A DNA stretch of 64,000 nt from Felis catus (lineage: Eukaryota), in the NCBI RefSeq assembly GCF_018350175.1, contig NC_058368.1, positions 125,056,001-125,120,000 of the forward strand, read 5' to 3'. The first letter of the stretch is position 1. Every line of letters starts with the position of its first letter. Shown one piece after another: positions 1 through 12,815 of this stretch. The notes beneath the pieces were generated by a model, which saw only the letters and a program-made list of their open reading frames with translations, was not told where the DNA came from and ran no database searches. The translations under genes and the position numbers were made by a program.

Positions 1-331
1 TATCAAGGGGGAAATCTACATAATAATGTATAGAACTTTTCTAAAAGTGATGGCTCTAGACTATTAAAACCTTAGCAAAAATTAACATGAATAAATTAAA
101 ATATAGAAAGACATGATGTAAACCTTATATGTTCAAAGACATAAATGTAGTCACATAATGTATTCTCTACTTCTAAGTGCTACTATACAAAGTGGGGTTT
201 TTTTTTTGTCTCTTATTTTCCATAATATCTAATGTAACTAAAAATTTATAAGCACTAAAATACAGGTCATATTTACAGACTACAGGCTACCGAGTTTGTT
301 TACTTGCAGAATAAAAATTTACTGTAATTTT

Positions 332-543
332 TGTATTTTTTTTTTTAAAGTTTATTTATTTTGAGGGGGAGTGCAAGCTAGAGCTGGTGAAGGGTAGAGA
401 AAGCAGGGGGAAAGAATTCCAAGCAGGCACTACGTTGTCAGTGTGGAGCCTGATGTGGGACTTGAACTCACGAACTGTGAGATCATAACCTGAACCAAAA
501 TCCAGAGTTGGATGCTTAACCAGCTGAGCCACCCAGGCGCCCC
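332..543 (-). mobile_element. CanSINE
   Basis: tRNA-derived head GGGGCGCCTGGGTGGCTCAG on the reverse strand with poly-T tail; degenerate TSD ttactgtaatttt / ttactctaatttt. Confidence 0.9.
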
Positions 544-564
544 TTACTCTAATTTTTAAAAACA

Positions 565-780
565 GGGGCACCTGGGTGGCTCAGTCGGTTAAGCGTCCGA
601 CTTCAACTCAGGTCATGATCTCGCGGCCCGTGAGTTCGAGCCTCGCGTCGGGCTCTGTGCTGACCGCTCAGAGCCTGGAGCCTGTTTCAGATTCTGTGTC
701 TCCCTCTCTCTCTGCCCCTCCCCTGTTCAAGCTCTGTCTCTCTCTGTCTCAAAAACAAATAAAACATTAAAAAAAAAAAA
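565..780 (+). mobile_element. CanSINE (feliform type)
   Basis: Head, (CT)n, AATAAA and A tail; TSD tttaaaaaca at 555-564 and 781-790. Confidence 0.93.
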
Positions 781-1089
781 TTTAAAAACAAACATTAACA
801 TCAAGCCCCTAAGACTGTGAACATGTAATAACAGCTAAAACAATGTTCCAATAATAAAAGACTAATAAAATACATTAAATGATACAGAAATAATTTTAAA
901 TTTCTTCTAAAAATAATCTTTACTCTTTACACTGGTATCTCTATCTACTGTTTCTTTTATTCATTTTCATGTTTCATTAAACATCAATAAATAACAGGGA
1001 CCACATTTACATAGTTATGCTTTACTACACATAAGAATTATAGTTCAGAGAAACTGGGCAGTCAGTCACTCTTAGAAATAGCTCCTCTT

Positions 1090-1302
1090 GGGGCACCTGG
1101 GTGGCTCAGTTGGTTGGGCGTCTGACTTCAGGTCAGGTCATGATCTCACAGTTCGTGGGTTCAAGCCCCACGTCAGGCTCTGTGCTGATGGCTCAGAGCC
1201 TGAAGTCTGCTTCAGATTCTGTCTCTGACTCTCTGCCCCTCCCTCACTCACGCAAACTCTCTCTAATATAAATAAAACATTAAAAAAAATTAAAAAAAAA
1301 AA
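1090..1302 (+). mobile_element. CanSINE
   Basis: TSD agaaatagctcctctt at 1074-1089 and 1303-1318. Confidence 0.93.
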
Positions 1303-1409
1303 AGAAATAGCTCCTCTTATCCATTGTTCAATGAGAGAAGATTAGGCTTCTAGATGGAGACACAGTTCTTTGGTCTTCACTAGAAGCTGTTTCAAGATCA
1401 CCTGTATCA

Positions 1410-1574
1410 GGGCGCATGGGTGGCTCAGTCAGTTAAGTGTCTGACTTCAGTTCAGGTCATGATCTTGTGGTCTGTGGGCTTGAGCCCTGAATCGGGCTTG
1501 CTGACAGCTCAGAGCCTGGAGCCTGCAATGGACTCTGTGTCTCCCTCTCTCTCTCTACCCCTCCACCACCTGTG

Positions 1575-1605
<31 letters not shown>

Positions 1606-1647
1606 AAAATAAACATTAAAAACAGTTTTAATAAAAAAATAAATTAA
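1410..1647 (+). mobile_element. CanSINE
   Basis: Head, CT tract and tail; degenerate TSD aagatcacctgtatc / aagataacctttatc. Confidence 0.9.
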
Positions 1648-2409
1648 AGATAACCTTTATCTTTCTGTCCCAATTTTTTTTTCTGTCCCAATTTCTAAGA
1701 ATGTGATAGAATACCAAGAAGCCAAACTGTCCAAGTAGAAAGAAGCTGAAATATCTAAAGACCTATAATTTTTCTCAATCTACAAATTCAGTGACAGATA
1801 TCATTACAAAGCAAAAAAATTAATTACCCGTGTTTATTAAACAAAATGAAAATCATAGAAAAAGGACTAGGTATTTTTGTGAATAGCTCCGTAATTCTTT
1901 GCTGTTCATTATTTCTCCATATCTTCCCCAATGTCCTTTTAAAACCCACTAAACACAGATCAAAGCAGCTATTACTACAATCTCTAGAAGGATAAAACCT
2001 ACACATCTGAAAAACAAAATCTTAAGAGCCCATAAAAATATCTACCAGATTACTCACACTCAAGTAGTAACTGAGTTATCACATTAAATGAAATTTTAAA
2101 TTCTTACTACTTTACTGACAAAAAGACTATTTGCATGTCTAAAATGCAGTCCAATTCATTTATACCATTTTCCTATGTCATGGTGTTAACTATGCTGTCT
2201 TCCCATGTTTAACAACATATAAACAAGGAAGACACATTATGAGACCACCTGAAACTTTAGCCACAGGCCCAAAGCGGTGTCTTCACTTAAAACTGTACAA
2301 GAGAGAACTCTCTATTCTAACAAGCATTCCATGAACTTCCACATTAGGCTAAACACCATTTACTATACACATTCTTCCACAGCTCTCACTGCTTATTACC
2401 TCCATAGTT

Positions 2410-2890
2410 TTTTGGTTTTTTGTTTTTTTTTAATATTTACCTTTTTTTTTTTTTTTAATTTTTTTTTCAACGTTTATTTATTTTTGGGACAGAGAGAGAC
2501 AGAGCATGAACGGGGGAGGGGCAGAGAGAGAGAGGGAGACACAGAATTGGAAACAGGCTCCAGGCTCTGAGCCATCATCATCCCAGAGCCCGACGCGGGG
2601 CTCGAACTCCCGGACCGCGAGATCGTGACCTGGCTGAAGTCGACGCTTCACCGACTGCGCCACCCAGGCGCCCCAATATTTACATATTTTTGAGAGAGAG
2701 AGAGAGAGAGAGAGAGCAAGCACGGGAAGGGGAGGGGCAGAAACAGACAGGGAAACACAGAATCCCAAGCAGGCTCTGCACAGTCATCCAGAACCTGACA
2801 TGGGGCTCAAACTCACAAACCACGAGATCATCACCTAAGAGGAAATCAAAAGTCAGATGCTTAACCAACTGAGCCACCCAGGCGCCTGTC
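2410..2890 (-). mobile_element. Nested SINEs: young SINEC_Fc-like copy (~2441-2674) inside the tail region of an older CanSINE
   Basis: Inner TSD aatatttac (2432-2440, 2675-2683); outer TSD tacctccatagtt (2397-2409, 2891-2903). Confidence 0.9.
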
Positions 2891-3747
2891 TACCTCCATA
2901 GTTCTTAGCATATCATATTAAAATTCTTTGTTCCCCTTTGTCACTCCACATTAAACTGTAAGCTGCTTGAGTTCAGGGACACTGTCAAATTGCTCATTTT
3001 TGCATTCCCAGAGCCTACCACAGTCCTGACTTAATGATAACAGTAGCTGAATTATAATTCTGTTTTCTAGACCCATTCATAAGAGGTAGGAAGCAAATGC
3101 CTGCAAAAAGCCAAGGCAGAGCTCGAGACTTCTGGGCACCTTTTTTTTAATCAAAAGGCAACATTTTATTATCACCCCTGAAAGGAGCAATATGCAAAAC
3201 TTTTCTTCTTAAGTATTTCACAACCATTTTATCTCTATATTCCCAAATCTGTTTGGCTATAAGTTGGTGGGGGTTTAATGATTAAATCTAATAACAATTG
3301 AGTTGGATTACTCTGCCAAGTAAATGAACACGTTTAGAAATTTTCAGGTCCACCAGAGTAAGCCTAGGGTCGAGACCCTGAAGAATGCCTTCAGTTTCCC
3401 TGTGTATTAATGCAAAGGGAGAAATGCAATAAGAGCTCATCTTTGTCTCACAAAGATAGCAGAAGAGATTATTTAAGAAAGGGTCTTGTCTTCTTCAAGA
3501 AAAAGAAGTATAAAAATTCAAAGGATTATTATTATTCAATATTATTCCTGAAAGCTTTTGTTATTCTGGTCTGATTAGAGAAAAGGTTAACTTTTAGTAA
3601 GCATAATCCTATTTTTTTTAGTGACCCCTATGGAGACCTCTCTCTGCAGTCCAGGTATAAATACTTGTTTAAAATCCAGTTCAGTTCAAATTATACTGAT
3701 TTGGGATTTAAAGAGTTATAAACTACATTTATTCTTGCCAACTTTTA

Positions 3748-3970
3748 TTTTTTTTTTATTTTTTTTTCAACGTTTATTTATTTTTGGGACAGAGAGAGAC
3801 AGAGCATGAACGGGGGAGGGGCAGAGAGAGAGGGAGACACAGAATCGGAAACAGGCTCCAGGCTCTGAGCCATCAGCCCAGAGCCCGACACGGGGCTCGA
3901 ACTCACGGACCGTGAGATCGTGACCTGGCTGAAGTCGGACGCTTAACCGACTGCGCCACCCAGGCGCCCC
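3748..3970 (-). mobile_element. Young SINEC_Fc-like SINE
   Basis: Near-identical to other young copies, CpGs intact; TSD ttgccaactttta at 3735-3747 and 3971-3983. Confidence 0.95.
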
Positions 3971-4459
3971 TTGCCAACTTTTAAAAAGATGACTAAAAAG
4001 GGTAGAAAAATGGGACATTATTACATTTAAAAACAGAATTAAAACTTTTTATCTTTCAATGTTCCTATAGTACTTCTCCCTGTATCTACTGCAGTGTTTA
4101 GTTAAACTCAAGTGTGACCCTAAGTAGAATAGTGTGGTATAATGCACTGGGCTGGGCTAGGACTCAGAACCAAGTTTAGGGCTGATAGTTCTCTATATCC
4201 CAATATTCTCATCTGTGAGGTGACCAGATGTACGTATTTTACTGTGCTTCCAGAACTTAAAAACTAGATTAAGACATATAAAACAATTTTGAAAAATTAA
4301 ATGAGAATTTACTCATTTATTAGACTTTCCCTCAAAATAATGAGAAAATCAGTGAAAATCTTTAAAAGTTAGGTCAAAAACAAGGATGCTGAACCTAATT
4401 TTATTTCAGATAGACTGTAAAATAATTTATAGTACAGTTTCAAAATCTTTACGTTATTA

Positions 4460-4654
<195 letters not shown>

Positions 4655-7652
4655 TTACACATTCACAATGCTACTTACAAAAGAAAATAATTTGTGTTCT
4701 TCTGCCAGTCCCTTTTAATGTTTATAAGTAAGGTTTATTAAATGCATTTACTATATACACTCAACAGGTTATAAAGACCATACAGTTCTGAAAAGATATC
4801 TAAATCAGCAAAAGAACAAGGCAGAGTAATTTAACAACACTTTAATAAGAAGTCTAGTCCATGAGAACACAACTTATAATAGTAGCAAAGTGATTTAAAT
4901 GGAGCAGTCCTTAAAAAATGATCTAAGAGAAAAGCTGAACCTGTTTATCAGTTTAATACATTTGTCTAAAAGCAAAAGAAAAATGTTACAAGGACTATGA
5001 ATGGAAGATTTCACAAGAATCTATTATACACTAAAGCTCAACACTTCAGGCAAAGAGAATATAAATTCTGCCCAATTATAACCCTCAAAGATACAAAACA
5101 ATAGGAACAATAGAAATCTGGTTCCCAGAACAAATAAAAGTTTTTTTGAAGCAGCTATACAGCAAATCAATCTCTAAAACTACTGTCACTTTTCACGTCC
5201 CCTGTATTTCAAGCTCCCCAGCATTAACCAGACAGGCATTAAACTGTAAGAGCACACTTTTCTTTGGACTACAAATAATTAGTTTTTAAGGGTATGTGAA
5301 GGAAATAACAGAAAATCACATCTAAAAGTTTCTGGGAGATGTATCCAGTTGCAAGCTGTTTTGGCCAATTCATATTTGTTTATAAAATTGTAATGCTTTT
5401 TAATACCAAATATGAAGTCAACAAGATACTCTTAAAACCAAGTTGAGAAATGAATAAGATCCACAATCCCAAGAGAATGAAACCAAATTTATGAAAACTG
5501 GAATTTTCTCCATTTTACTCTCATATCTAATTCAATCAGACCAGTGACTCTCAGAGCATAGAAGGAAAGAAGTACCAGAATCTTTGGGTAGAAGAAAAGA
5601 GAAGTGGAAGGAAGCAGAGTCAACATAAAAAGTTTGGTCTGTTTTTCGTCAAGTTATTTAACATTTTAAATTTCAAACATTTAAGGACAGTGTGAAATCA
5701 TTACCAAAATGCTGAACAACACCAAAGATTTTTCACTATGAAAAAAAACCACAGACATAATTCAGTGATTTTGATTCTGAGTTTGGAGAACTATAATCAT
5801 CAGTTCTAAAAATAACACAATTTCTATGGCACTTAATTCTTTAGGAAGCTTACATTCATTATATGATGTTATGTTTTTAATGTTAAAAGATTATCTGTGC
5901 ATTTTAAAACCTGTCGAAGTACAGATTTTAAGTACAGAGCTTAATTTTAAGGAGAAAGATGAATATTTATTAAAGAGCTCAAAAGCAGAACATCCACCAT
6001 TATGAATTTTCTATTTTGAGGAATTCCTGGAAACCTCTGTAATATTACTAAGGGTCAGGGATGAAATAGATGGTAACTTTTCCACCTCTTTCAGGCACAG
6101 CTCTGTCCTCTTTTGTAATCCCCATATCACTTGTCACAGCACTCTTCCTTCTTAAACTAGAAGGTATTCAATAAGGGCCAGAAAGCAAAGGGCCTGAGGT
6201 CTACTCTAGGCTTTGTCTCTGGCTTGCTGAGGACCTGAGGCAAGTCATTTCAACTTTCTGGGCCGAGTCCAGTTTTTCATTTGTAAAATGCATAGTGCTG
6301 GCTTAGATGACCAAGAGTCTCTTCTAAGCTTTAAAATCTTCTTTAAAATTGGGTAAATGATTAAAAACAGGTTATAAAAGTTAGTTTAAACACCAAAACT
6401 ACACAATCTTCTTGCTATTTAGATTGCAATTTCTTAAAGGCAGACAGTGATGCAAAATGGAAAAATTCCATTATCATCCAGATGTTTGGCATCATGTATA
6501 TAAATATTCCTTCCTGAAATCAGTTATGACAAAGAAATGCTTGTCTCAAAATTAGAAAAACTTTTTAAAACAATTTTTAAATGTAAAAACATAGATAGCT
6601 ATTTTAAAAACAACCACAAATTTCTTCTACTCGGTGACCAATTATTTTATACTTTCAATGATAATCAAGTGAGACCTTAAAAGACACCTAAATATTGTAC
6701 AAAATAATACACAAGGAAACAGGCTCTTCACTCTAAGGCAACATGTTGTAAGGGAAGATTTCCGAACTTTTCCAGGCTCTATTAACTAGGTGACTCTCAG
6801 TGGAGTTATTTAAAAGTCTTCTCAAGTGTAAAATAAGAGAGTTGGCGTAGTTCAGAGGTACTTTTCCTGGAGACTATTAGAGGGGAAAGAGGCAGCCAAA
6901 ATGGGGCCGGAAAGGGGGTGAGAAATTAAACAAAGCTGTCCTCTCCCTGATGGGATTCAGGGGCTCCAAAAGCCCCAAAATGTGTGCAATTATGCATATG
7001 TGCAGACTTCTGGAGACCGTCTCTTGCTGTCATCATATCCTGACAGAAGTTTCTGATTCCAAAAAGGTTAAACACTGTACTAGATGATCTAGGGTCCTCT
7101 GACCTCAAAAAGTCTGTATTAGCACTTTTCTGTGTCAAACTTGGAAATTCTATGTTTAAGGTAGCTTTACCTAACTCTCATATTCCAATTTTAATAGAGC
7201 CCATAGACATTTCTCAATTATGAAAAATTTAGAAGAGAAAATAAGGGGAGATAGGGAGTCATGGTTAATAATCCATATAAGTAATCCCAAAGTTTCGACA
7301 AATTAAAGAGTCGGTTTCTCGGGGAAAAAATTATCTACACTAAATTGCAAAAGTTAGTGGAAAGTTGATTTGGGATTAACTGTTTTGGGCTTGGACAAAA
7401 AAAGACATGTGAGAATTAAAGATATAGTACTTAAAAAGAACACCTGTCAGTTAGCAGCTTTGTAACAAGTTATTTTTTCAACATGCAAGAAAAAAAAAGA
7501 GAAGTGTAACAGTTCCTTCCTCGAACAACTCAATTACCAAAGTGATGAAAAACTCGCAGGACAAATTTTTGTGGGAAAACCTGTAGCAATAGATCTCTGA
7601 GCCCCCCATTACCCTGTGGGAGCCACTGAAGAGGTAAGAAAATAGGACAAAC

Positions 7653-7677
7653 CTGGGCTCGAACTTCCAAAAGAAGC
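7653..7677 (-). CDS. MIER3: MIER3 coding exon 2 (ASFGSSSP + 1 nt)
   Basis: ttctctctcctag|GCTTCTTTTGGAAGTTCGAGCCCAG|gtttgt; 25 nt, phase 0 to 1. Confidence 0.93.
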
Positions 7678-9120
7678 CTAGGAGAGAGAAGAAAACGTGA
7701 GGTTAGATCGCGCAGCCCGGGGAAGAGGCAGCGCCGGCAACAGGGCGCAGGGGAGGCGGAGCCCAGCGCTCCTCCGCAGCTGCCAAAAGTACAAGACGTA
7801 GCTTCGCTCCAATCGCTCCCAGCCCCTTTCGGGCCCCTCTTGGCTGCCTCGCCTTCCTCCCGGAGTCCCCAGTGTGCAAACTCGCAGACCCGGGACGAAG
7901 CCCAGAGTCTAACAGGCAACTCCAAGCCCCCAAGCCGTTCTTTGGAGCTCAGCAAGTTACAAAGCGAAGAAGCAAAACCCAGAGCCGTCGCCTCGCAGTC
8001 CCGTCTCCGACATCTCGGGGTCTCCCAAATCCCACCTGGCTCCCCACGGAACCAAACACCACCTCGCAAAGCAACACCGTTTCCTGGAAGGGAATCGCCC
8101 TCGGAGCACCTAGTCTACCCCCTGGGGCCCGGGAGCCCCAATTCTGAGGCTGTCCTCTAACCCGAGCGTAGGCCAGCTCGAAACAGGACACTCGCCCCCA
8201 AACCAAAGCGCAAGCCCCCCATTCTCTCTCCCAAAACTGGAAACGCGGCCCCTCAGTCCCAGAGATGCTAGTTCCCTCCAGGGTGTTTAGGCCCTCCATA
8301 GAGCCCCTCGCCCCAGCGAGCTCCAGTCCAAGGGGCTCCTGCTGCGCTACCCCCTCCCCCCAGCTCACCAGTCCCGGGGGACATGACCAGGGCAGGTTTG
8401 CTCGCCCTGCCTCCTTCCTCCAGGCCAGAAGAAAGTGGGGCTACCGAGAGCCCCCCGGAAAAAACGTCGAGAGTCTTGGACAGCCGCCTCACACCCAGGG
8501 GCTCCCGCACCTCCAGGGCTGCGGGGCGAGGAGTCCCGCTCGCCTCCCGCGAAGCCCCGCGGCCGCGCATCCCGCTTGCCTCCGAGCTCGGAGCAAAGTG
8601 GAGCGTGAGGTTCCTTGGCGCCGCAGCCCTGACCCGCTGGGCCGGGGGCACAGAGCACTCCTCCCGCAGGACAGTGGCGCAGCCCGCTCCCCGCTTTGCA
8701 ATTCGGCCGGGGATGGGGGGGGGGGGGGCTCGGCCGGTTTCCACCCACTCTGGCCCTAGAAAGCGGCGCCGAGGCTCCGGCGGCCCGCGTCAGCTGCCTG
8801 GGGGGGCACGGCACGGCGCTGTCCCCAGGCCAGGGCTCGCTGCCGCCGGTCGCCACCTCCCGTCCGGCCCCGTCGCCCGGCCGGGTCGGGGCCGGAGCCG
8901 CCGCGGCCTAGTCCCGGAGGGAGACCGCTCCCGCGCCCGCTCCCGCCCCCCGGCCGGCCCCGCCACGGCCCGTTGCCGCCCCGTAGCCCCCGCACCGCCG
9001 CGCCGCCCCCACGTTGGGCCGGGGGAAGGGCCCCGGATCCCCCAGGCCGTCTCCGGGGCCGCGGGGGACCGCCGGGCGCCCGCTCTAGCCCGGCCGCTCC
9101 TGCCCGGTTTCCCTGCTCAC

Positions 9121-9129
9121 CTCCGCCAT
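9121..9129 (-). CDS. MIER3: MIER3 coding exon 1 (ATG GCG GAG = MAE)
   Basis: Minus strand reads AATATGGCGGAG|gtgagc with donor at 9120-9116, inside a CpG island. Splices in frame to exons 2-3 to give the recognised MIER3 N-terminus. Confidence 0.93.
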
Positions 9130-9270
9130 ATTGGTACCTTTAGGGCGAACGAGCAGCGCCGAGCCCAGTCCCCGGATGGGGCGCCTGAGCCAATCGCAGC
9201 CGCCGCCGCCGCCGCCGCCGCGGTCCGCCCGGCACCCGCCCGGCGGCGGAGGCGGCTCGGCCCCTTATAG
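9123..9270 (-). promoter_or_regulatory. Core promoter motifs: YY1-type CCGCCATATT over the start codon (9123-9132), CCAAT (9190-9194), (GCC)7 (9199-9219), TATAAG on minus strand (9264-9269)
   Basis: Motifs read directly from the sequence; function inferred from known consensus. Confidence 0.55.
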
Positions 9271-12200
9271 GGCAGGGCGGCCCGCGACGCCCCCGGCCCG
9301 CTCGCACGCCCACCCCGCCCGGCGCCTCACGCCGCACCCCGCGCTCGCTGCGGACGACCGCTGCACACCCGCGGTCGCCCGCCCTCCCCTTCTTGGTCGG
9401 AGTAAAGTTCCTGCCGAATTGTAGGCAAGTGGGGGACGGATGGAAACTCGGGCGTGGGACAGACCCACGTCCAGGCAGCCGAGGCCGAAGAGCTGGCCGG
9501 GGCAGCGGAGGATCGACCGACTGACCGACACTCTAGTCCGGTAGGACGTTGGGGGAGGCCGGCAGGAGACGTGGAGGGACAACTCGACAGACTTCCCTAA
9601 GTAAAAAGAAAGAAGGTGACCGTTGGAGTAGACTGATGGACACGAGAAAACCCCGGGAAATGGGAGAAGTGACTGATGGACGGCAGGGTCAGTCCAGAAT
9701 GAGAGGCGGCGACCGGGCACCTTGCGGTTTTCCCGAAGAGACCTGAGAAATGGGGGATACAGGTCAGCATGCACTGGCTCGTGGAGTGGACGATGGAAGT
9801 GATCGTTTGCCAGACAGGCTTTGGAAGGTAGTGACAATCACAGAACAGGCAAAAGATCAAAAAGGCAAAGAATGATGAGTAGACTTGCACAATTCAGAGA
9901 AGACACTCAAAATATAAACTGTGCACGTACCCCAAAAAATTAGATCTTAAGAGGTTTTGAGTCACCAAATAGTCCAGGGCACACACTTGATAGAACAGTG
10001 GAAAAGCGAAAATAGTAGAATCAAGGCCCTGAGTCGGGTCTCAAAAATTCTACCTCCATCCCAGAAAGCCAAACATTTGCTTAAAATGAAAACTAGGTCA
10101 AAAAGAAAACTAGTCCTGTGGGCAAGTGGATGGATGGAGAAGGGAGGACAAGGCTTAACAGATACACATACTCCTGCACGTGCCTTCCTCTTCATTGGAA
10201 GAGGTAAATCTAACTCCTGGCAGATTCATATCCACCTGAACAACTTTAAGCAAAGTACACAGAAATATTCATTAACAGTTCATGGGTAGCCCACAGAGGT
10301 AAATCCTGCAAGCTTCAAGCCATCATGCCAAGTTGCCTTGGCACACCATTGTCTTAAAGCAGGAAGCGAGAAATAACAATACATATGGAAAAGAAAGTTT
10401 AGAATGTGGAAGAGAAAATTTTGGCACATCCATGGGTAAGTCAGATATAAATACAATCAAAAGTATGGCAGGACACCCACAGAGAGACATGCACAGGAGA
10501 GTGATCTCAGACATAGAGCTCTTCTCCCAGTTGTTGCTAAAACATGTAGTATTAAATGATAGAGTTGAGGTTTTTGCTAAGAAATTGAGAGCCTTTTTTG
10601 AATTCTAAAACTTGCCATACTTTTAGTCCAAACATGACAGGTTTGCTTTTATGCTGGGATCACCTTTGATTCTCCCCTCCAAGAGAATACACGGACGATG
10701 AAGCTGAAGATACGATTATGGATAGGAGAGCAAAGGGTTACTTTTAACGTTTTTGCCAAGGCATCTTAGAATTAAAGTTACTACCCCGGCAAAAGTTATT
10801 TATTTATGGAAATTTTAGGGAAAAATCACTTCAACTATTTCAAAACATCATAAAGACATGGAAAATTACACTTTCCCTGCTGTGAAAGATACCTTTCGAC
10901 CTTTTGTCCAGTCAAAGCTGAACTTTGAAACCAGAGGCTTGGCACACGTTGTATGTGCTGTCCTCAATGAGGCGTTTAGAGTTTTCAAAGTAAAAAAAAA
11001 AAAAAAAAGTTGCTTGAAATTAAGTGCAGGTGATTAACTTCAGAAATGTTGCAGCAAGCACGCCCTGTGGACAGAGCCATTAAACAGTGCCCTGATCTGC
11101 TTGACCACAGCATGAGCCCCCATAGACTAGGTCAGGGATCTGAATCATGAAGTGTCTCCAACAACCTGCCTTGTACTTAACACTAGGAGAAACGTTTTCT
11201 TCATAGCAAAATTTGGCTAATCCAAACTACCTGTGGTCTTAGGTTCCATTTTGCCATGTCTGAGAAATACAGAGACTCATGTACTCGGATGAACTTAATA
11301 GAGCGTCTGCAAATTCTTTTTTCATTACACTGCAAAGATTACATATAGGCATTTATAATTTTGACTGCTTATATTCTCTCCATCAGAGTACACTGTTTAT
11401 GTAGCCTTTGCCACGTATTAAATAAGGATTCACAGAAAAATAATGAAACTAAATAAATTTCCAGTATAAGGAAGCAGAGCTACTTTCTCACCTTCCAATC
11501 ACTAGAGAAAAAGTTTACTGCCCAGTCTTACACAACACATTCCTTTTATGATAAAGTGTGTAAAGTCTACTTATGTACATGGATCTTTCATTCTCTTTGA
11601 TGACAAGACTTCCAGGAGTTGGTATAGATATAAAGTCCCTGTTCCAGGGAATGGAATAAAAAATTATATTTTACTGTTGTTTTCATTATCCTGTCACTAC
11701 ACAACAGGTGGCATTATATAGAGAACAAGTCCTATGCTGGACACTAGGCAATACAGGATCACCATAAAAGTCCTTGTCTCTCCGGTATTTCAGTCCTTGT
11801 AACTGAATAATTCTTGTATGTGGTGGATGGGACCAAGAGCAAGAAGACTCAAAACTAAAACGATGGTAACCCTCTAAAGAGAACCAAAATGTAATAGATG
11901 CTCTAGCCATCTTTAGAAATGAGATAAATCAAGAATACTTTATAAATGTGTGCTTTGAGATGTTTTACAATAAATACATAAAAAAAGAAAATGTAAATAT
12001 AAAAAAAGACCAGTAAAACAAAATGCACTAGGAGGTCAACACCAGAGAAAAAGTTACAAAACAAGAATATTCAAGTAATGAGATGTAATACAATATGAAA
12101 GTTAAACCATAGATGTGGTTTGCAGCTTTCTGGAGAAAAGGCAAATAAATAATGGCTATCAGTTGCTTAATTCTCATTGTCTTGGAGGAGAAATACACAA

Positions 12201-12461
12201 ATTCCTCAATGGCAACAAAGCTTTTCAGGACACTTTAAAAGAAATGTCTTGCCTGCACTACACAGCAACATAGTAATGTAGAGGGAAATACCTTTACCAC
12301 CTCTTCAAATTCACTAGCTTGTTTTACAACACTGTTTCTTTTAGTGACCATCCATGAAAGTTGAGGGTACATTATGGGTATATGACCTACCAAAAGCAGT
12401 TTTAATGGGAAGACAGTAATGCAATGCAAATATTTAGCTTTCTACAGATTCCATCTAACCC

Positions 12462-12815
12462 AAGGGAAAATAATAGGCTATCCAATGTTAAAGTCTATGG
12501 TAGTCAGGCAGGTATGATGAATAGGTGAAGTAGGCTAATATGAAGACAAAAGTGGGAGCCATAGCAAACCAAGAGATAATAACCCTGCCTAAAAGGGGCA
12601 GCCACTAACTTAGTCTCAGACTGGCCTTTGCATTGTAAGAATGTAGGCCCAGTGCTTCCAGACATTTGAATTTTCCAAGAACAACTAGAAAGTTGGATTT
12701 TTATGTGAAATCTGTTTTTTTAAACTTGCCAACTAATTAAATTTTTAAACACAGTGTAGGCCAAATATATCACATTAAGTAAATCATGGTGTGAACTTCC
12801 AGTTTGCAGACCCTA
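12462..12815. mobile_element. Ancient hAT-Charlie non-autonomous element (MER102-like)
   Basis: Resembles recalled consensus (ggcagccact...ccagtg..ccaga...ggatttttatgtgaaatct...ggccaaa). Confidence 0.55.

Larger units (their letters stand above)
7700..9560. promoter_or_regulatory. CpG island: MIER3 promoter and intron 1
   Basis: Abrupt switch to very GC- and CpG-rich sequence around exon 1; multiple GC boxes. Boundaries approximate. Confidence 0.9.

Noticed and set aside
565..660. tRNA-like A/B box sequence
   Set aside because: SINE head followed by CT tract, A tail and TSDs; not a tRNA gene.
356..4018. Recurrent short ORFs such as MAQSVKRPTS and GAPGWRSRLSVRLQPGHDL (also throughout the window)
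   Set aside because: Translations of CanSINE bodies, not genes.
7530..9424. Many long overlapping ORFs (up to 295 aa) on both strands
   Set aside because: Expected stop depletion in a GC-rich CpG island; low-complexity A/R/P/G products.
9410..9426. ZNF143/THAP11-like motif (CCTACAATTCGGCAG on minus)
   Set aside because: Several mismatches to ACTACAnnTCCC; not supportable.
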